A stretch of 64,000 nucleotides of DNA from NCBI GenBank assembly GCA_965223665.1, contig OZ245011.1, positions 3,456,001-3,520,000 on the forward strand, in the 5' to 3' direction. This document shows positions 1-10,793 of the stretch, piece after piece; position 1 is the first letter of the stretch; the number at the start of each line of letters is the position of its first letter. Source of the stretch: Nitrospinaceae bacterium (GTDB lineage: Bacteria; Nitrospinota; Nitrospinia; Nitrospinales; Nitrospinaceae). Under the pieces are notes generated by a model. That model saw only the letters and a list, made by a program, of their open reading frames with translations, had not been told where the DNA came from and did no database searches. A program made the position numbers and the translations under genes.

Positions 1-320
1 TTTTTTAATAATCTATCATCTATTAAAACAAATAATCAACGAAGAATACCTAAAAAATATTGATTTTGTTGTTATTACTTGAGCCAACTTTTCTTTAATT
101 TAAGTGGATTTCAATAAATGAATAATATTTATTTTTTGGAGTCGTTTGGAGATCCACTTTCTAATACGAAAACGGTTTTATTTTTTGAAGCCTTGGTAAA
201 GAGTAAATACTCAAATTAATAAAATAAAAGGTTAAATTTTAAAGCTGCTCAATCTAAGGGGTTTATTCTAAACGGGTTCTGTGGTACCCTCTTGCCTCAT
301 TTTTCCGGTTTGATTTTGTT

Positions 321-348
321 TTGACTTGTCAATGGTTTTGGTTATTAT
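321..348 (+). promoter_or_regulatory. Putative sigma70 promoter of pntAB
   Basis: TTGACT-N16-TATTAT about 50 bp upstream of the pntA ATG. Confidence 0.35.
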
Positions 349-397
349 TCGTTGGCAAATCCATAAAAATTATATCCAATACTAAGGAATAAAAAAA

Positions 398-1957
398 ATG
401 AAAGTAGGGATTCCAAAAGAAGTCCATGCTGGCGAAAGAAGGGTGGCAGTTACCCCTGAAGTTGCCAGCCAACTCATAAAATTAGGTTTTGAAGTCTCAA
501 TAGAGTCAGGGGCGGGTTTAGAGGCAAAGTTTTCTGACTCCGCTTATACCGAGGCAGGGGTTTCCGTGGTAGAGGGCGCTAAATCTATCTGGGATAATAG
601 CGACATTATTTTAAAAGTGCGGCCTCCGGAATTTCATCCCACTCTTAATACTGAGGAAGTCGATTTACTGAGAGAGGGACAAATTTTTATTACATTTCTT
701 TGGCCTGCCCAAAACCCTGAATTATTGAAAAAGTTAGCTGAAAAAAAAGTCACTGCCTTAGCAATGGATAGTGTGCCCAGGATTTCCCGTGCACAAAAAT
801 TAGATGCGCTCAGTTCAATGGCAAACATTGCAGGGTATCGGGCAGTTGTTGAAGCGGCCCAGCATTTTGGTCGTTTTTTTACTGGACAAATCACTGCGGC
901 AGGAAAAATTCCTCCGGCTAAAGTTATGATTATAGGGGCCGGGGTTGCTGGATTGGCTGCTATTGGTGCAGCTAAAAGTATGGGAGCGATTGTAAGGGCA
1001 TTTGATACAAGACCTGAAGTTAAAGAGCAGGTTGAAAGTATGGATGCAGAATTTCTGGAACTTGATTTTGAAGAAGAAGGTTCCGGAACCGGGGGTTACG
1101 CCAAGGTAATGAGTAAGGAATTCATTGAAGCTGAAATGAAGCTTTTTGCAGAGCAAGCAGAAGAAGTAGACATTATTATTACCACAGCATTAATTCCCGG
1201 TAAACCGGCACCCAAGTTAATCACTGCAGATATGGTTGCTTCAATGAAAGATGGAAGTGTGATAGTTGACCTTGCTGCAGAGCAGGGGGGAAATTGCGAA
1301 TTAACTGAAGCTGAAAAAATTGTCAACGTTCACGGAGTTTCTATTATTGGCTATACTGATTTGCCAAGTCGTTTAGCAACTCAATCAAGCCAACTTTATG
1401 GCACTAATTTACGACATCTTTTAACTGACATGTGTCCGGAGAAAGATGGCAAGGTTGTAGTCGATATGGAAGACGAAGTGGTTCGTGGCGCTACTGTTGT
1501 TAAAGATGGCGAAATCACTTGGCCTCCTCCAGCACCCAAATTGTCGGCGGCGCCAGCTAAACCTGCCGAGACTCCTAAACCTGTAGAAACTCCTGAGCCA
1601 GTTGATGAAAAGCCTTCTGTCTTGGGGCCCGCTCTTACATTTGGAGTTGGAGCAATTGCGTTGTTAGGGTTGGGAGCAGTAGCTCCGGCATCTTTTATGA
1701 CTCATTTTACAGTGTTTGTTTTAGCTTGTTTTGTAGGCTATATGGTTATTTGGAATGTAACAGCAGCATTACATACTCCATTGATGAGTGTGACGAATGC
1801 AATTAGTAGCATTATTATTATCGGTGCATTACTTCAAATAAGTTCGCCGGAAGGTTTAATCATGTGGCTGGCGGGGCTGGCTATATTAATCACAGCAATT
1901 AATATTACAGGCGGGTTCGCGGTAACGCGGCGTATGCTTGAAATGTTTCGCAAGTAG
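398..1957 (+). CDS. pntA: NAD(P) transhydrogenase subunit alpha (fused dI and membrane part)
   Basis: MKVGIPKE...ERRVA N-terminus, GAGVAGL Rossmann motif, [16 protein letters not shown]-terminal [13 protein letters not shown]. Confidence 0.97.
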   Translation: MKVGIPKEVHAGERRVAVTPEVASQLIKLGFEVSIESGAGLEAKFSDSAYTEAGVSVVEGAKSIWDNSDIILKVRPPEFHPTLNTEEVDLLREGQIFITFLWPAQNPELLKKLAEKKVTALAMDSVPRISRAQKLDALSSMANIAGYRAVVEAAQHFGRFFTGQITAAGKIPPAKVMIIGAGVAGLAAIGAAKSMGAIVRAFDTRPEVKEQVESMDAEFLELDFEEEGSGTGGYAKVMSKEFIEAEMKLFAEQAEEVDIIITTALIPGKPAPKLITADMVASMKDGSVIVDLAAEQGGNCELTEAEKIVNVHGVSIIGYTDLPSRLATQSSQLYGTNLRHLLTDMCPEKDGKVVVDMEDEVVRGATVVKDGEITWPPPAPKLSAAPAKPAETPKPVETPEPVDEKPSVLGPALTFGVGAIALLGLGAVAPASFMTHFTVFVLACFVGYMVIWNVTAALHTPLMSVTNAISSIIIIGALLQISSPEGLIMWLAGLAILITAINITGGFAVTRRMLEMFRK

Positions 1958-1968
1958 GAGGCGATTAG

Positions 1969-3360
1969 ATGAATCAAGGAATCGTAACCGTCTCTTATAT
2001 AGGGGCGACTATTTTATTTATTTTGGCATTAGGTGGCCTGAGCAATCAAGAAACGGCTCGTCGCGGAAACTTATATGGCATTATTGGTATGGCCATTGCG
2101 CTGATTGTTACAATTGCAGGGGTCACAGCTAATTTTGGAATTCTTATTGTTGGATTATTAGCTGGAGCTAGCATTGGGTTAGTTTTAGCCAAACGTGTTC
2201 AAATGACAGAAATGCCCGAGCTGGTTGCAATTTTGCACAGTCTGGTCGGCATGGCTGCCGTTCTGGTAGGGTACGCCAACTTTATGGATCATTCATCCCC
2301 ACTGGTAGGCGTAGAAAAAACAATTCATGATATTGAAACTTACCTCGGAATTCTTATTGGGGCCATCACTTTTTCAGGTTCCGTTATTGCCTTTGGGAAA
2401 CTCAGTGGAAAAATAGGGGGTAACCCAGTATTGTTGCCTGCCAGACATTGGCTCAACCTGGGATTGCTAATTATAACTATTTACTATTGTAAAGTGTTTG
2501 TTGACCAATCTGCGGTTGGGGGTGGTCTCATGCCCCTCGGCATTATGACTGTAATTGCTTTGGCATTTGGGATACATATGGTAATGGCCATTGGTGGGGC
2601 TGATATGCCGGTTGTTGTTTCCATGTTGAATAGTTATTCAGGTTGGGCGGCTTCAGCGACCGGGTTTATGCTTAACAATGATTTGTTGATTGTTACAGGA
2701 GCTTTGGTGGGAAGTAGTGGTGCCATTTTGAGTTACATCATGTGCCGAGCCATGAATCGTAAATTCTTATCAGTAATTGCGGGTGGTTTTGGCACTACCA
2801 CGGGAAGTTCCTCTTCGGCTGCTGCAGGAGAACAAGGGGAAGTTGTGGCCTTGGAAGCTCCAGAAGTGGCAGATTTGCTGTTAGAAGCCAAAGAAGTGAT
2901 GATTATTCCCGGTTATGGGATGGCAGTAGCTCAAGCTCAACATATTGTTTGTGAAATAACAAAGGCGCTGAGAAGTAAAAAAGTAAATGTGCGATTTGGA
3001 ATTCATCCTGTTGCGGGGCGTATGCCCGGTCACATGAACGTTCTCCTGGCGGAAGCTAAGGTTCCCTATGACATTGTTTATGAAATGGATGAAATCAATG
3101 ATGATTTTCCTGATATCGATGTTTCCATAGTCATTGGTGCAAATGATATTGTTAATCCTTCAGCACAAGATGAGCCAGATAGTCCCATTGCTGGAATGCC
3201 AGTGCTTGAAGTCTGGAAAGGTAAAACCACAATTGTCTTGAAAAGAGGTATGGCAACGGGTTATGCGGGTGTGCAGAACCCATTATTTTTTAAAGAAAAT
3301 ACTCGCATGTTATTTGGGGACGCCAGAGCCAGTCTGGATGCCGTTTTCAAGGAGCTTTAA
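1969..3360 (+). CDS. pntB: NAD(P) transhydrogenase subunit beta
   Basis: [71 protein letters not shown]. Confidence 0.97.
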   Translation: MNQGIVTVSYIGATILFILALGGLSNQETARRGNLYGIIGMAIALIVTIAGVTANFGILIVGLLAGASIGLVLAKRVQMTEMPELVAILHSLVGMAAVLVGYANFMDHSSPLVGVEKTIHDIETYLGILIGAITFSGSVIAFGKLSGKIGGNPVLLPARHWLNLGLLIITIYYCKVFVDQSAVGGGLMPLGIMTVIALAFGIHMVMAIGGADMPVVVSMLNSYSGWAASATGFMLNNDLLIVTGALVGSSGAILSYIMCRAMNRKFLSVIAGGFGTTTGSSSSAAAGEQGEVVALEAPEVADLLLEAKEVMIIPGYGMAVAQAQHIVCEITKALRSKKVNVRFGIHPVAGRMPGHMNVLLAEAKVPYDIVYEMDEINDDFPDIDVSIVIGANDIVNPSAQDEPDSPIAGMPVLEVWKGKTTIVLKRGMATGYAGVQNPLFFKENTRMLFGDARASLDAVFKEL

Positions 3361-3375
3361 ACAGAAAGTGTTAAC

Positions 3376-3411
3376 AATCGGGAAAATGTCATGGATGACA
3401 TAATTCTGATT
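3376..3411 (+). terminator. Possible hairpin terminator after pntB
   Basis: AATCGGGA/TTCTGATT outer stem around the ATGTCAT-GG-ATGACAT palindrome; the U-tract is weak. Confidence 0.35.
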
Positions 3412-3550
3412 ATTTGTAATTGAAATAATTTTACCTGGCAGTTCAAAAAAACCTAAATACCTTTTTCTTACCAGTTTGTAATTAGGGATTTCTACTCCCT
3501 CAATTCTTCTTACCAAGAACAAAGCTCCAAATGTAGTATCATGTCCTAAT

Positions 3551-3859
3551 ATGGTTCAAAAGAATAATATATTTCTAGGTATCTTCTTGCTTGGGCTTAC
3601 CGGTGTAATGATCGGTTGGGTGGTTGAAAGCCCATTCCTATCGGTGGTGGCGGGGGCCTTAGGGACAGGGATTGGTGGACTGCTGGGCTGGCTGGGGGGG
3701 AAAAGGTATTTGATCACGATTTGTTTAGGTGTAGTGATTGGAACGGCACTTGGATACCAAACCGGGGATCAAGATATATTAATTATGGCGGCAGGATCGG
3801 GTGGTGCTATAGCTGGATTTCTAGCCAATTTTATTGAATTGTTTGTCTCCAAAAAATGA
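3551..3859 (+). CDS. Small Gly-rich membrane protein (about 4 TM segments)
   Basis: Hydrophobic GxxxG-rich helices; stop overlaps the next ATG (ATGA). Confidence 0.7.
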   Translation: MVQKNNIFLGIFLLGLTGVMIGWVVESPFLSVVAGALGTGIGGLLGWLGGKRYLITICLGVVIGTALGYQTGDQDILIMAAGSGGAIAGFLANFIELFVSKK

Positions 3860-4575
3860 AAATTAATTTTTATAAAACATTAACATGGGTTGCTATTATT
3901 ATCCTCCACACTTTGGTTTTATCTTCGACTGCTATATCCCAAACTAAGGATATGGTTAAAATTCCTGCTGGAGAATTTTTAATGGGATCACAAGAGTCTG
4001 AAGATGAATTCCCACACCCTGTTTTCGTTTCCGAGTTTTGGATTGATATTTACGAGGTCACTCAAAAACAATTTCAACAAGTGATGGGGGATAATCCTTC
4101 AGACTTTTATGCAGAGGCTTCCCCGGTAGATCAGGTAACCTGGTTTGAAGCGAAGGAGTATTGCCAGAAAATAAATAAACGACTTCCCACCGAAGCTGAA
4201 TGGGAAAAAGCGGCAAGAGCGGGTTCGACGACACGCTATTATTGGGGAGATAAAATTTTAAATGATTTTGCATGGTATTGGGGTAACTCAGAGAAAAGAA
4301 CACATCCTGTCGGACAAAAAAAACCTAATGCTTTCGGTTTGTATGACATGCTTGGAAATGTGTGGGAGTGGACAGGTGATTATTATATAGATAATTATTA
4401 CCCAGTAAGTCCTAAAAAGGATCCGAAGGGCCCTTTTACCAGTAAATATCGAAGTATTAGAGGGGGATCCTGGCGTGACCTGGAAGGTTTCCTCCGTACT
4501 ACCCGACGAAATTATGAACTCCCTTCGGCACGACTTAACCACATTGGGTTTCGTTGCGTCAAATCAAGTTTATGA
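3856..4575 (+). CDS. Exported FGE-sulfatase (SUMF1-like) domain protein
   Basis: Signal peptide; FLMGS, RLPTEAEWEKAARAG, GLYDMLGNVWEW, RGGSW, GFRC. Confidence 0.9.
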   Translation: MKINFYKTLTWVAIIILHTLVLSSTAISQTKDMVKIPAGEFLMGSQESEDEFPHPVFVSEFWIDIYEVTQKQFQQVMGDNPSDFYAEASPVDQVTWFEAKEYCQKINKRLPTEAEWEKAARAGSTTRYYWGDKILNDFAWYWGNSEKRTHPVGQKKPNAFGLYDMLGNVWEWTGDYYIDNYYPVSPKKDPKGPFTSKYRSIRGGSWRDLEGFLRTTRRNYELPSARLNHIGFRCVKSSL

Positions 4576-4589
4576 TGATTTGGACGCCG

Positions 4590-5579
4590 TTAAAATAAAC
4601 CTTGTTGCGGATAAAGGTGGCCTACGAAATCGCCATATCCATTAAGATATTGGGTGAAGCGTTTATTTTCTGTACCTATCAACTTCTCCAGGGTTTGGGG
4701 CCAACGGGGATGTGGAATTTTAGGATTAACATTAGCCGTAAAATCATATTCATGTGGGATCAGGGTATTCCAAAAAGTTTCAGGCTTATAATCTACCAAC
4801 TCAATTTTTTGAATTCCTTTTATACTTTTAAAACCATATTTCCACGGCACTATTAATCGGATAGGGGCACCGTGCTGTTTGGGAAGTGGGTGACCATAAA
4901 TACCGGTGGCTAATAAAGTTAATTCGTTTGCTGCTTCTTTTATCATCAAGGCTTCTGTATAAGGCCAAGGTTGCCAAAATGCTAACTGGGCTTGAGCGGT
5001 GAAGGGTTCATGAAATGAAGTAAATTTTACATATGTAGCTTTTGATAAAGGTTCAACTGTATCCAATAAAGCTTTTAAAGGGAACCCAGTCCAGGGAACT
5101 GCCATTGCCCAGGCTTCAACACAACGTAATCGGTAAAATCTTTCTTCGAGAGTAAACAACTTTAGGAAATCATCAATGTCAAAAGTTCTGGGTTTGTTGA
5201 CTAATCCAGTGACTTCCACTTTCCAGGGTCGTGTGCTCAATGCTTGAGCATGGTGGTGTACATCCTCTTTAGTTTCACTAAACTCATAATAGTTATTGTA
5301 ATTGGCAGCAATGGTTTCTCGAGTTAACTCTCGATCCATTTTGTATTTGGTGCTGCGTTTAGCTGGATACAATTTCTTTTCTAAAGGAGTAAGGTTTATT
5401 TCAGGATGTTGGTTAATAACGGCTTCAGAACCAGGTGTACATCCATATAGTAAGTTAGCGGATAGAATGCTCACCCAACCGGAGGTTTTTAAAAACTCAC
5501 GCCGATTTAAAAAAATGGATTCCGGGGTGATTTCGTTTTCGGGAATTTCCCAATCATTTGGGATGTGTATATGACTCAT
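4590..5579 (-). CDS. msrP: Methionine sulfoxide reductase catalytic subunit MsrP (Mo-pterin, Tat-exported)
   Basis: ITPESIFLNRREFLK Tat motif, YNNYYEF, RLRCVEAW, HGAPIRLIVPWKYGFKSIK, HPRW. Confidence 0.93.
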   Translation of the reverse strand: MSHIHIPNDWEIPENEITPESIFLNRREFLKTSGWVSILSANLLYGCTPGSEAVINQHPEINLTPLEKKLYPAKRSTKYKMDRELTRETIAANYNNYYEFSETKEDVHHHAQALSTRPWKVEVTGLVNKPRTFDIDDFLKLFTLEERFYRLRCVEAWAMAVPWTGFPLKALLDTVEPLSKATYVKFTSFHEPFTAQAQLAFWQPWPYTEALMIKEAANELTLLATGIYGHPLPKQHGAPIRLIVPWKYGFKSIKGIQKIELVDYKPETFWNTLIPHEYDFTANVNPKIPHPRWPQTLEKLIGTENKRFTQYLNGYGDFVGHLYPQQGLF

Positions 5580-5612
5580 ATTAATTCTTAAAGGGTTTTT
5601 CGATTTTGGGAA

Positions 5613-5939
5613 TTACTTTTCCGGTACCCAATTATTAATGCTTTGTAAGTAAGAATCCAAACCATCCACGATCGGCAAGGCGATTACCTCAGGAACATCA
5701 TAACTATGATTTTTCTCGACCCAAAGTTTTAAGTCATCAAATCGATTTGCCCGAGTTTTAACAATTAATAAAAATTCATTATCCACGCATAACTTGCCTT
5801 CCCAAAAATAAGTTGATTGGATTCCTGGTATGGAGTTCACACAAAAAGCCAATTTCGACTCCACCAAACCACGGCTGAGCTTGTTAACTTCTTCTTGCGA
5901 ATCGGTTGTTATTAAAACAACAATATGATCTGCCTTCAT
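5613..5939 (-). CDS. cutA: Divalent cation tolerance protein CutA
   Basis: LAFCVN, SxYFWEGK, HSYDVPEVI. Confidence 0.92.
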   Translation of the reverse strand: MKADHIVVLITTDSQEEVNKLSRGLVESKLAFCVNSIPGIQSTYFWEGKLCVDNEFLLIVKTRANRFDDLKLWVEKNHSYDVPEVIALPIVDGLDSYLQSINNWVPEK

Positions 5940-5951
5940 AATGACCTTTTA

Positions 5952-6533
5952 TTAAAGAATATATTTTAACAATATAAAACCAAATACTAATAGAACAAAA
6001 AATACAATACTAAGAAGGTTAAAATATTTGTCGATATAATTTTTTATAGTAGGACCAAATTTGTATAACAAAATTGCAATTATAAAAAATCGTAATGAAC
6101 GGCTGACTGCAGAAGCTAATACAAAAATTGGAAAGTTTATTTTAAATGCTCCTGCGGCTAATGTGAATACTTTATAGGGTAGTGGTGTGAACCCAGCAGC
6201 AGCTACCGCCCAGGCGTTATATTCATCATACCAACTCCCTATCTTGTCGAACTTTTCTTGGAAGTGATAAAACTCGACTATTTTATTTCCTATAAGGTCC
6301 ATAAATTGCCAACCCAGTAAATACCCGAACATACCACCCAACACGGAAGCAATGGAGCATATGAATGCAAACTTAAACCATCGGGTTGGAACAGCTATTG
6401 TCATAGCAATTAAAAGTACATCGGGTGGGATAGGAAAAAATGAGGACTCTGCAAAAGAAATAAGTGCTAAAGCAGGAAGTGCATGAGGAGTTGAGGACCA
6501 GTGAATGACCCAGTCATAAGTTTTTCTTAGCAT
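5952..6533 (-). CDS. YqaA/DedA (VTT) family membrane protein
   Basis: SFAESSFFPIPPDVLL, AGFTPLPYKVFT, SRSLRFF. Confidence 0.9.
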   Translation of the reverse strand: MLRKTYDWVIHWSSTPHALPALALISFAESSFFPIPPDVLLIAMTIAVPTRWFKFAFICSIASVLGGMFGYLLGWQFMDLIGNKIVEFYHFQEKFDKIGSWYDEYNAWAVAAAGFTPLPYKVFTLAAGAFKINFPIFVLASAVSRSLRFFIIAILLYKFGPTIKNYIDKYFNLLSIVFFVLLVFGFILLKYIL

Positions 6534-6688
6534 AAATTCCTTTCGCTCAACAATGTCTCAAAATGACCAGCCTTGGTAGAAAAAAATCCGAAGGTAGGGT
6601 TTAATAATGAGGAGCCATTCAGACAAGTAATATAATTGAAAACCCAGATTAGGCAGCCAGAAAAAAAATACTTGGCATTTCTATTAGT

Positions 6689-9154
6689 TTACAGCAAATT
6701 TTGTGGATCGACATCAAGAGTAATCTTTATTTTTTTTGAAGACCTTTTTTTCTTTGAAAATGATTCTTGAAAATTTTTTAAAAAATTTTGGAGTACGCAT
6801 GAGTCGGGCGAACGCAAAATGAGATGCCATCTAAACTTATTATTTAATCTATATAGAGCTGCTCGCGAAGGGCCTAATAACTCCACCTCTGGAAATTTAG
6901 ACAAGTTTTCTACAGCAACGTTCTTTAAAGATGTTACAGTGGCTTCACCGGTGGCTTCGTCTTCACTTTCCACCTCGATTCCAGTTAAATGTGTGAATGG
7001 AGGAAATTGCAGACGTTCGCGCATTTGGATTTCTTTTTTAAAAAAGGTTGTGTAGTCGTGATCTTTAACCCAATCCAATACCGGATGGCTTGGATCATGT
7101 GCCTGAATGATGACATGACCAGGAACTTTCCCGCGGCCGGCCCGTCCTCCTACTTGTGTCAAAAGTTGAAAGGACCTCTCGGAGGAACGAAAATCAGGAA
7201 TATGTAATGAAATATCTGCATAGACCACTCCGACCAAAGTCACATTTGGAAAGTCATGTCCCTTGGTGATCATTTGTGTACCAATTAAAATATCAATTTT
7301 TCCAGAATTCATTTCTCGATACATTTTATTAAAAGAATGTCTTTGGCGGACAGTATCTCTATCCAATCGTGCTACCTTTGCATTCGGAAAACTAAGAAGT
7401 GTCTCTTCTTCTAATTTCTGGGTTCCAAAACCGCTAAACCGAATAACTTCTCCTTCACAAGATTTGCAGCCTCTTGGCATTATTGTGGAATAGTTGCAAT
7501 AATGGCATAAGAGTAAATTTGTATTGCCATGAAACGTTAAGGAGACGCTGCAATTTGGACAGTCATAAACATAACCACATTTGCGGCAAAGTAGATAATT
7601 TGCAGTCCCTCGTCTGTTTAGAAATAAAAATATTTGCTCATTGCGTTCCAAACGTTCACGAATGGCCTTTCTTAGAGAAAGGGACAAAATTGAAAAATTT
7701 TTGGCTTCTTTCCGTTCTTTTCTCATGTCAACTACTTGGACGGTTGGAAGCAATCTGTCACCCACTCTTTTGGTTAATGAAAAATAAAGATAATCTTTGG
7801 TATCTGCATAAAATCTGGATTCCAAAGAAGGGGTCGCAGACCCTAAAATAACTAATGCATTGTGATGCTTTGCCCTTAAAATAGCAGCTTCTCGTGCATG
7901 GTAACGCGGGGAAGTGTCCTGCTTATAGGAGTTGTCATGTTCTTCATCGATTACGATAACTCCGATATTTTCAAAAGGGGCAAAAATGGCGGATCGTGCA
8001 CCTACAACAATAGATACTTTCTTTTTTCTAATTTTTTCCCACTCTAAATAACGTTCCACTTGGGTCAGGCCACTATGAAGAATAGCTACTTGATACCCAA
8101 ATCGTTTTTGAAAACGGGCGACCGTTTGTGGAGTTAAAGAAATTTCAGGAACCAGCATTATTGCAGTTTTTCCCATTTTTAAAGCAAGCTGAATGCAACG
8201 CAGGTAAATTTCGGTTTTACCACTACCAGTAATTCCATGGAGAAGGGCGGTTTTGTGTTTCTGTCGCTGGATAATTTTCTCTAATTGTAGATAAACTTCT
8301 TCTTGTTCTTGAGTAAATGGAGGAGGGGTTTCAGGATAATTTTTTTCCTGGGTACTCTGAGTTTTCATTTTCCGTGACTTTTTTTTTGAAACGGTTTTGA
8401 CCAGTTTCTTATCCCTCAACTGTTTTAGGGGGCCTGCATATTTTGGAAATCGTCCTTTTAATTCCTCAAGTGATTTTTCACCTTCCAATAAGAATAAAAA
8501 AATTTCCTTTTGTTTGGGACTGCGTTTGAAAAGTTCTTCAATTTTTTCCGGTGAAAGAGTTTCGGTTATTGGCTGAATAATTTTTTCTTGAAGATACTGA
8601 ATAGAGTGTCGCTTGGTTTCTGCTCTTCCAGTAATGAGCCCAGCCTCTTGAGCTTCTGCCAGAGTATGTGCTTTGAATGCCGTTTTGAGATGACTTTTTA
8701 ATTGTCTACGATTCAAAGGTTTGCTGCTATGAAGTGTTTTTAAAAGTTTTAAGACATTGCCGGATACTTGTTGATTTAACAGAGAGGTGGAACCCTTACC
8801 GGTGATTTCAAAAACTTCGTGCACTTCATCATCCATACCCGAAGGAAGAGCCGCACGGATGGCTTCTCCCCAGCCGGCTTGGTAGTAATTTGCCAAATGT
8901 TGGGTAAGATCTAATATTTCTTGAGGGAGTACGGGTTTTAGATCTGGCAAATCAGAAATAGACTTTATGTTGTATTTGGGGTTATAAGAATTTGTGAATC
9001 CAATTACATATCCGGTCAATTGTCTAGGACCAAAAGGCGCAAGAACTCTCATACCAACCGAAAGTTTTCCTGCAAATGATTCAGGGATTTCGTAAGTGAA
9101 AGGTTCCTTTAGGGGAAGATTGAAAACTATTTGTGCATATGAAGGATTGGGCAT
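6689..9154 (-). CDS. priA: Primosomal protein N' (replication restart helicase)
   Basis: LLHGITGSGKTE Walker A, PEISLTPQ, IDEEH, four CxxC pairs, GTQMITKGHDFP, DVDP C-terminus. Confidence 0.97.
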   Translation of the reverse strand: MPNPSYAQIVFNLPLKEPFTYEIPESFAGKLSVGMRVLAPFGPRQLTGYVIGFTNSYNPKYNIKSISDLPDLKPVLPQEILDLTQHLANYYQAGWGEAIRAALPSGMDDEVHEVFEITGKGSTSLLNQQVSGNVLKLLKTLHSSKPLNRRQLKSHLKTAFKAHTLAEAQEAGLITGRAETKRHSIQYLQEKIIQPITETLSPEKIEELFKRSPKQKEIFLFLLEGEKSLEELKGRFPKYAGPLKQLRDKKLVKTVSKKKSRKMKTQSTQEKNYPETPPPFTQEQEEVYLQLEKIIQRQKHKTALLHGITGSGKTEIYLRCIQLALKMGKTAIMLVPEISLTPQTVARFQKRFGYQVAILHSGLTQVERYLEWEKIRKKKVSIVVGARSAIFAPFENIGVIVIDEEHDNSYKQDTSPRYHAREAAILRAKHHNALVILGSATPSLESRFYADTKDYLYFSLTKRVGDRLLPTVQVVDMRKERKEAKNFSILSLSLRKAIRERLERNEQIFLFLNRRGTANYLLCRKCGYVYDCPNCSVSLTFHGNTNLLLCHYCNYSTIMPRGCKSCEGEVIRFSGFGTQKLEEETLLSFPNAKVARLDRDTVRQRHSFNKMYREMNSGKIDILIGTQMITKGHDFPNVTLVGVVYADISLHIPDFRSSERSFQLLTQVGGRAGRGKVPGHVIIQAHDPSHPVLDWVKDHDYTTFFKKEIQMRERLQFPPFTHLTGIEVESEDEATGEATVTSLKNVAVENLSKFPEVELLGPSRAALYRLNNKFRWHLILRSPDSCVLQNFLKNFQESFSKKKRSSKKIKITLDVDPQNLL

Positions 9155-9385
9155 AGAAGCTATTTAATATACCAATTAATTATAATGAAGCAAAATACGT
9201 GAAAAAAAATTATAACTCAATAATTCATGAATTAATGAAATTAAACTTTGGCCAGAGCGAAATTAAATTGGCTTCAAAAATAATAAATCGGAATTCAACC
9301 TGATTGTTTATTGGTAGTGCTGTTTGTTTTTTAAGGTGAAGTGAAGATGGTTTTATTTCAATTCAGATTTGAGTATAAGAAACCG

Positions 9386-9414
9386 TTGACACAGAAACAA
9401 TTTTCATTTAATTT
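9386..9414 (+). promoter_or_regulatory. Putative sigma70 promoter of the small basic ORF
   Basis: TTGACA-N17-TAATTT. Confidence 0.5.
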
Positions 9415-9475
9415 CTCCAGTCGGATCCAAAAAAAGATTCAGCCTTAAAAAGAACAATATAAGAAGAGGTGGAGT

Positions 9476-9655
9476 ATGAAAGCAGGAGATAAGATTACTA
9501 TCAATTTTGCCGGTAAGAAGAAAGAAGCAATGGTTTATAAGTTGTTCCCCAAGACTGTGTATTTAAAGGTAGACTTTGAACGGGATAAGGGAAAAATTGT
9601 GAAACGAAAACTGAGTGCATTGGAAACCGGTAAGAAAAAGAAAGCTAAAAAGTAA
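9476..9655 (+). CDS. Small very basic 59-aa protein, possibly an SH3/KOW-like beta barrel (not in ORF track)
   Basis: Manual translation MKAGDKITINFAGKKKEAMVYKLFPKTVYLKVDFERDKGKIVKRKLSALETGKKKKAKK; RBS GAGGTGGAG; upstream promoter. Confidence 0.75.
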   Translation: MKAGDKITINFAGKKKEAMVYKLFPKTVYLKVDFERDKGKIVKRKLSALETGKKKKAKK

Positions 9656-9663
9656 TTAGATAT

Positions 9664-10677
9664 TTAGAAATAAACTTTGACCTTAGCTTCCTTGCGTAGG
9701 GAATCTAAATAGGGCTTTTTCTTTTTCTTGATTTCTTCCTGCAAAAAGCTTTGACGGATATTTTCTTTTTCTTCATCAAATCCGCCCTTTGAGCCCTCCA
9801 CAATTCCTGTAAGCTTAAGTAGGTGTAGCCCGTGTTTTGAACGAAAAACGTCCGTTACATCTCCTACCTTTAATTTAAATGCTTTTTCAGCAAAAGGTTT
9901 AAACATATGGTCTTTGGTAAAAAGACCCAAATCTCCTCCTTTTTTGGCAAGAGAGTCCTGGGAGAATTCTTTGGCCAAATCAGAAAACTCGGTTCCCTTC
10001 TTTAATTCGGCTTGAATTTTTTGGATAACTTCTAATGCCTTTTTTTCGGCTTCTGTTTTGTCTTTCCCCTTAATTTTTACCAAAATGACACTTGCGCGAC
10101 GTTGCTCAGGCCGAGTAAATCGTTTTTTGTTTTTTTCATAGTAGTTTTTTAAAATTTCATCGGTTATTTTTATGTGAGCCCCAACCTCTTTTTCCAAAAC
10201 CGCATTTGCCAGAAAGTCATCTGCAAGTTGTTTTTTGTACGTCTCTAGTGTCAAACTTTGAGATTCTAACTTTTTTAAGAATGCTTCTTCAGATTTAAAT
10301 TTTTTTCTTACAGATTCAATTTGATTGTCTACTTTTTGAGTAGGAACGGGTATTTTCAATCCTTGTGCTTTTTGCAGGAGAAGATTGAAATATATTTCAT
10401 TGTCCAATAATTTTTTTGCAGCAATTTTTTCTTGTTCGTTAGTAAGTGCCATGCCGCGCGCTTTATATCGTTTGACACTTCTTTTTAAATCTTCCCAAAT
10501 ATCTTGTTTCTTAATATTCCTCCCATTCACTTGGGCTAATACTTCGGGAAGGGAAATAGAGGGCCCATCATCATGGTCGTGACCCGCATGAGCAAAAACC
10601 TGGGCGGGAACTGATAAGATTATGGATAAGCAAATAATAAATACCCATGTAATTTTGGTATTGGAACTGAAACTCAT
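9664..10677 (-). CDS. Exported SurA/PrsA-like parvulin peptidyl-prolyl isomerase
   Basis: Signal peptide plus HAGHDHDD, SurA-N-like helical region, FSDLAKEFSQD...GGDLG...HGLHLLK. Confidence 0.88.
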   Translation of the reverse strand: MSFSSNTKITWVFIICLSIILSVPAQVFAHAGHDHDDGPSISLPEVLAQVNGRNIKKQDIWEDLKRSVKRYKARGMALTNEQEKIAAKKLLDNEIYFNLLLQKAQGLKIPVPTQKVDNQIESVRKKFKSEEAFLKKLESQSLTLETYKKQLADDFLANAVLEKEVGAHIKITDEILKNYYEKNKKRFTRPEQRRASVILVKIKGKDKTEAEKKALEVIQKIQAELKKGTEFSDLAKEFSQDSLAKKGGDLGLFTKDHMFKPFAEKAFKLKVGDVTDVFRSKHGLHLLKLTGIVEGSKGGFDEEKENIRQSFLQEEIKKKKKPYLDSLRKEAKVKVYF

Positions 10678-10793
10678 GACGTACCCTCTTGAATAAAGTT
10701 AAAATCACTTAATTTTTGGAAGCTTGATAATGAAAATAAATCGCGAGGTAGGGACTTGTCAACCTATTTCTAAATATTGGACTTAGGATTTTA

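Noticed and set aside
321-332. TTGAC-TT-GTCAA palindrome as an FNR/CRP-type site
   Set aside because: The spacer is 2 nt rather than the 4 nt of FNR boxes, and it is better explained as -35 elements.
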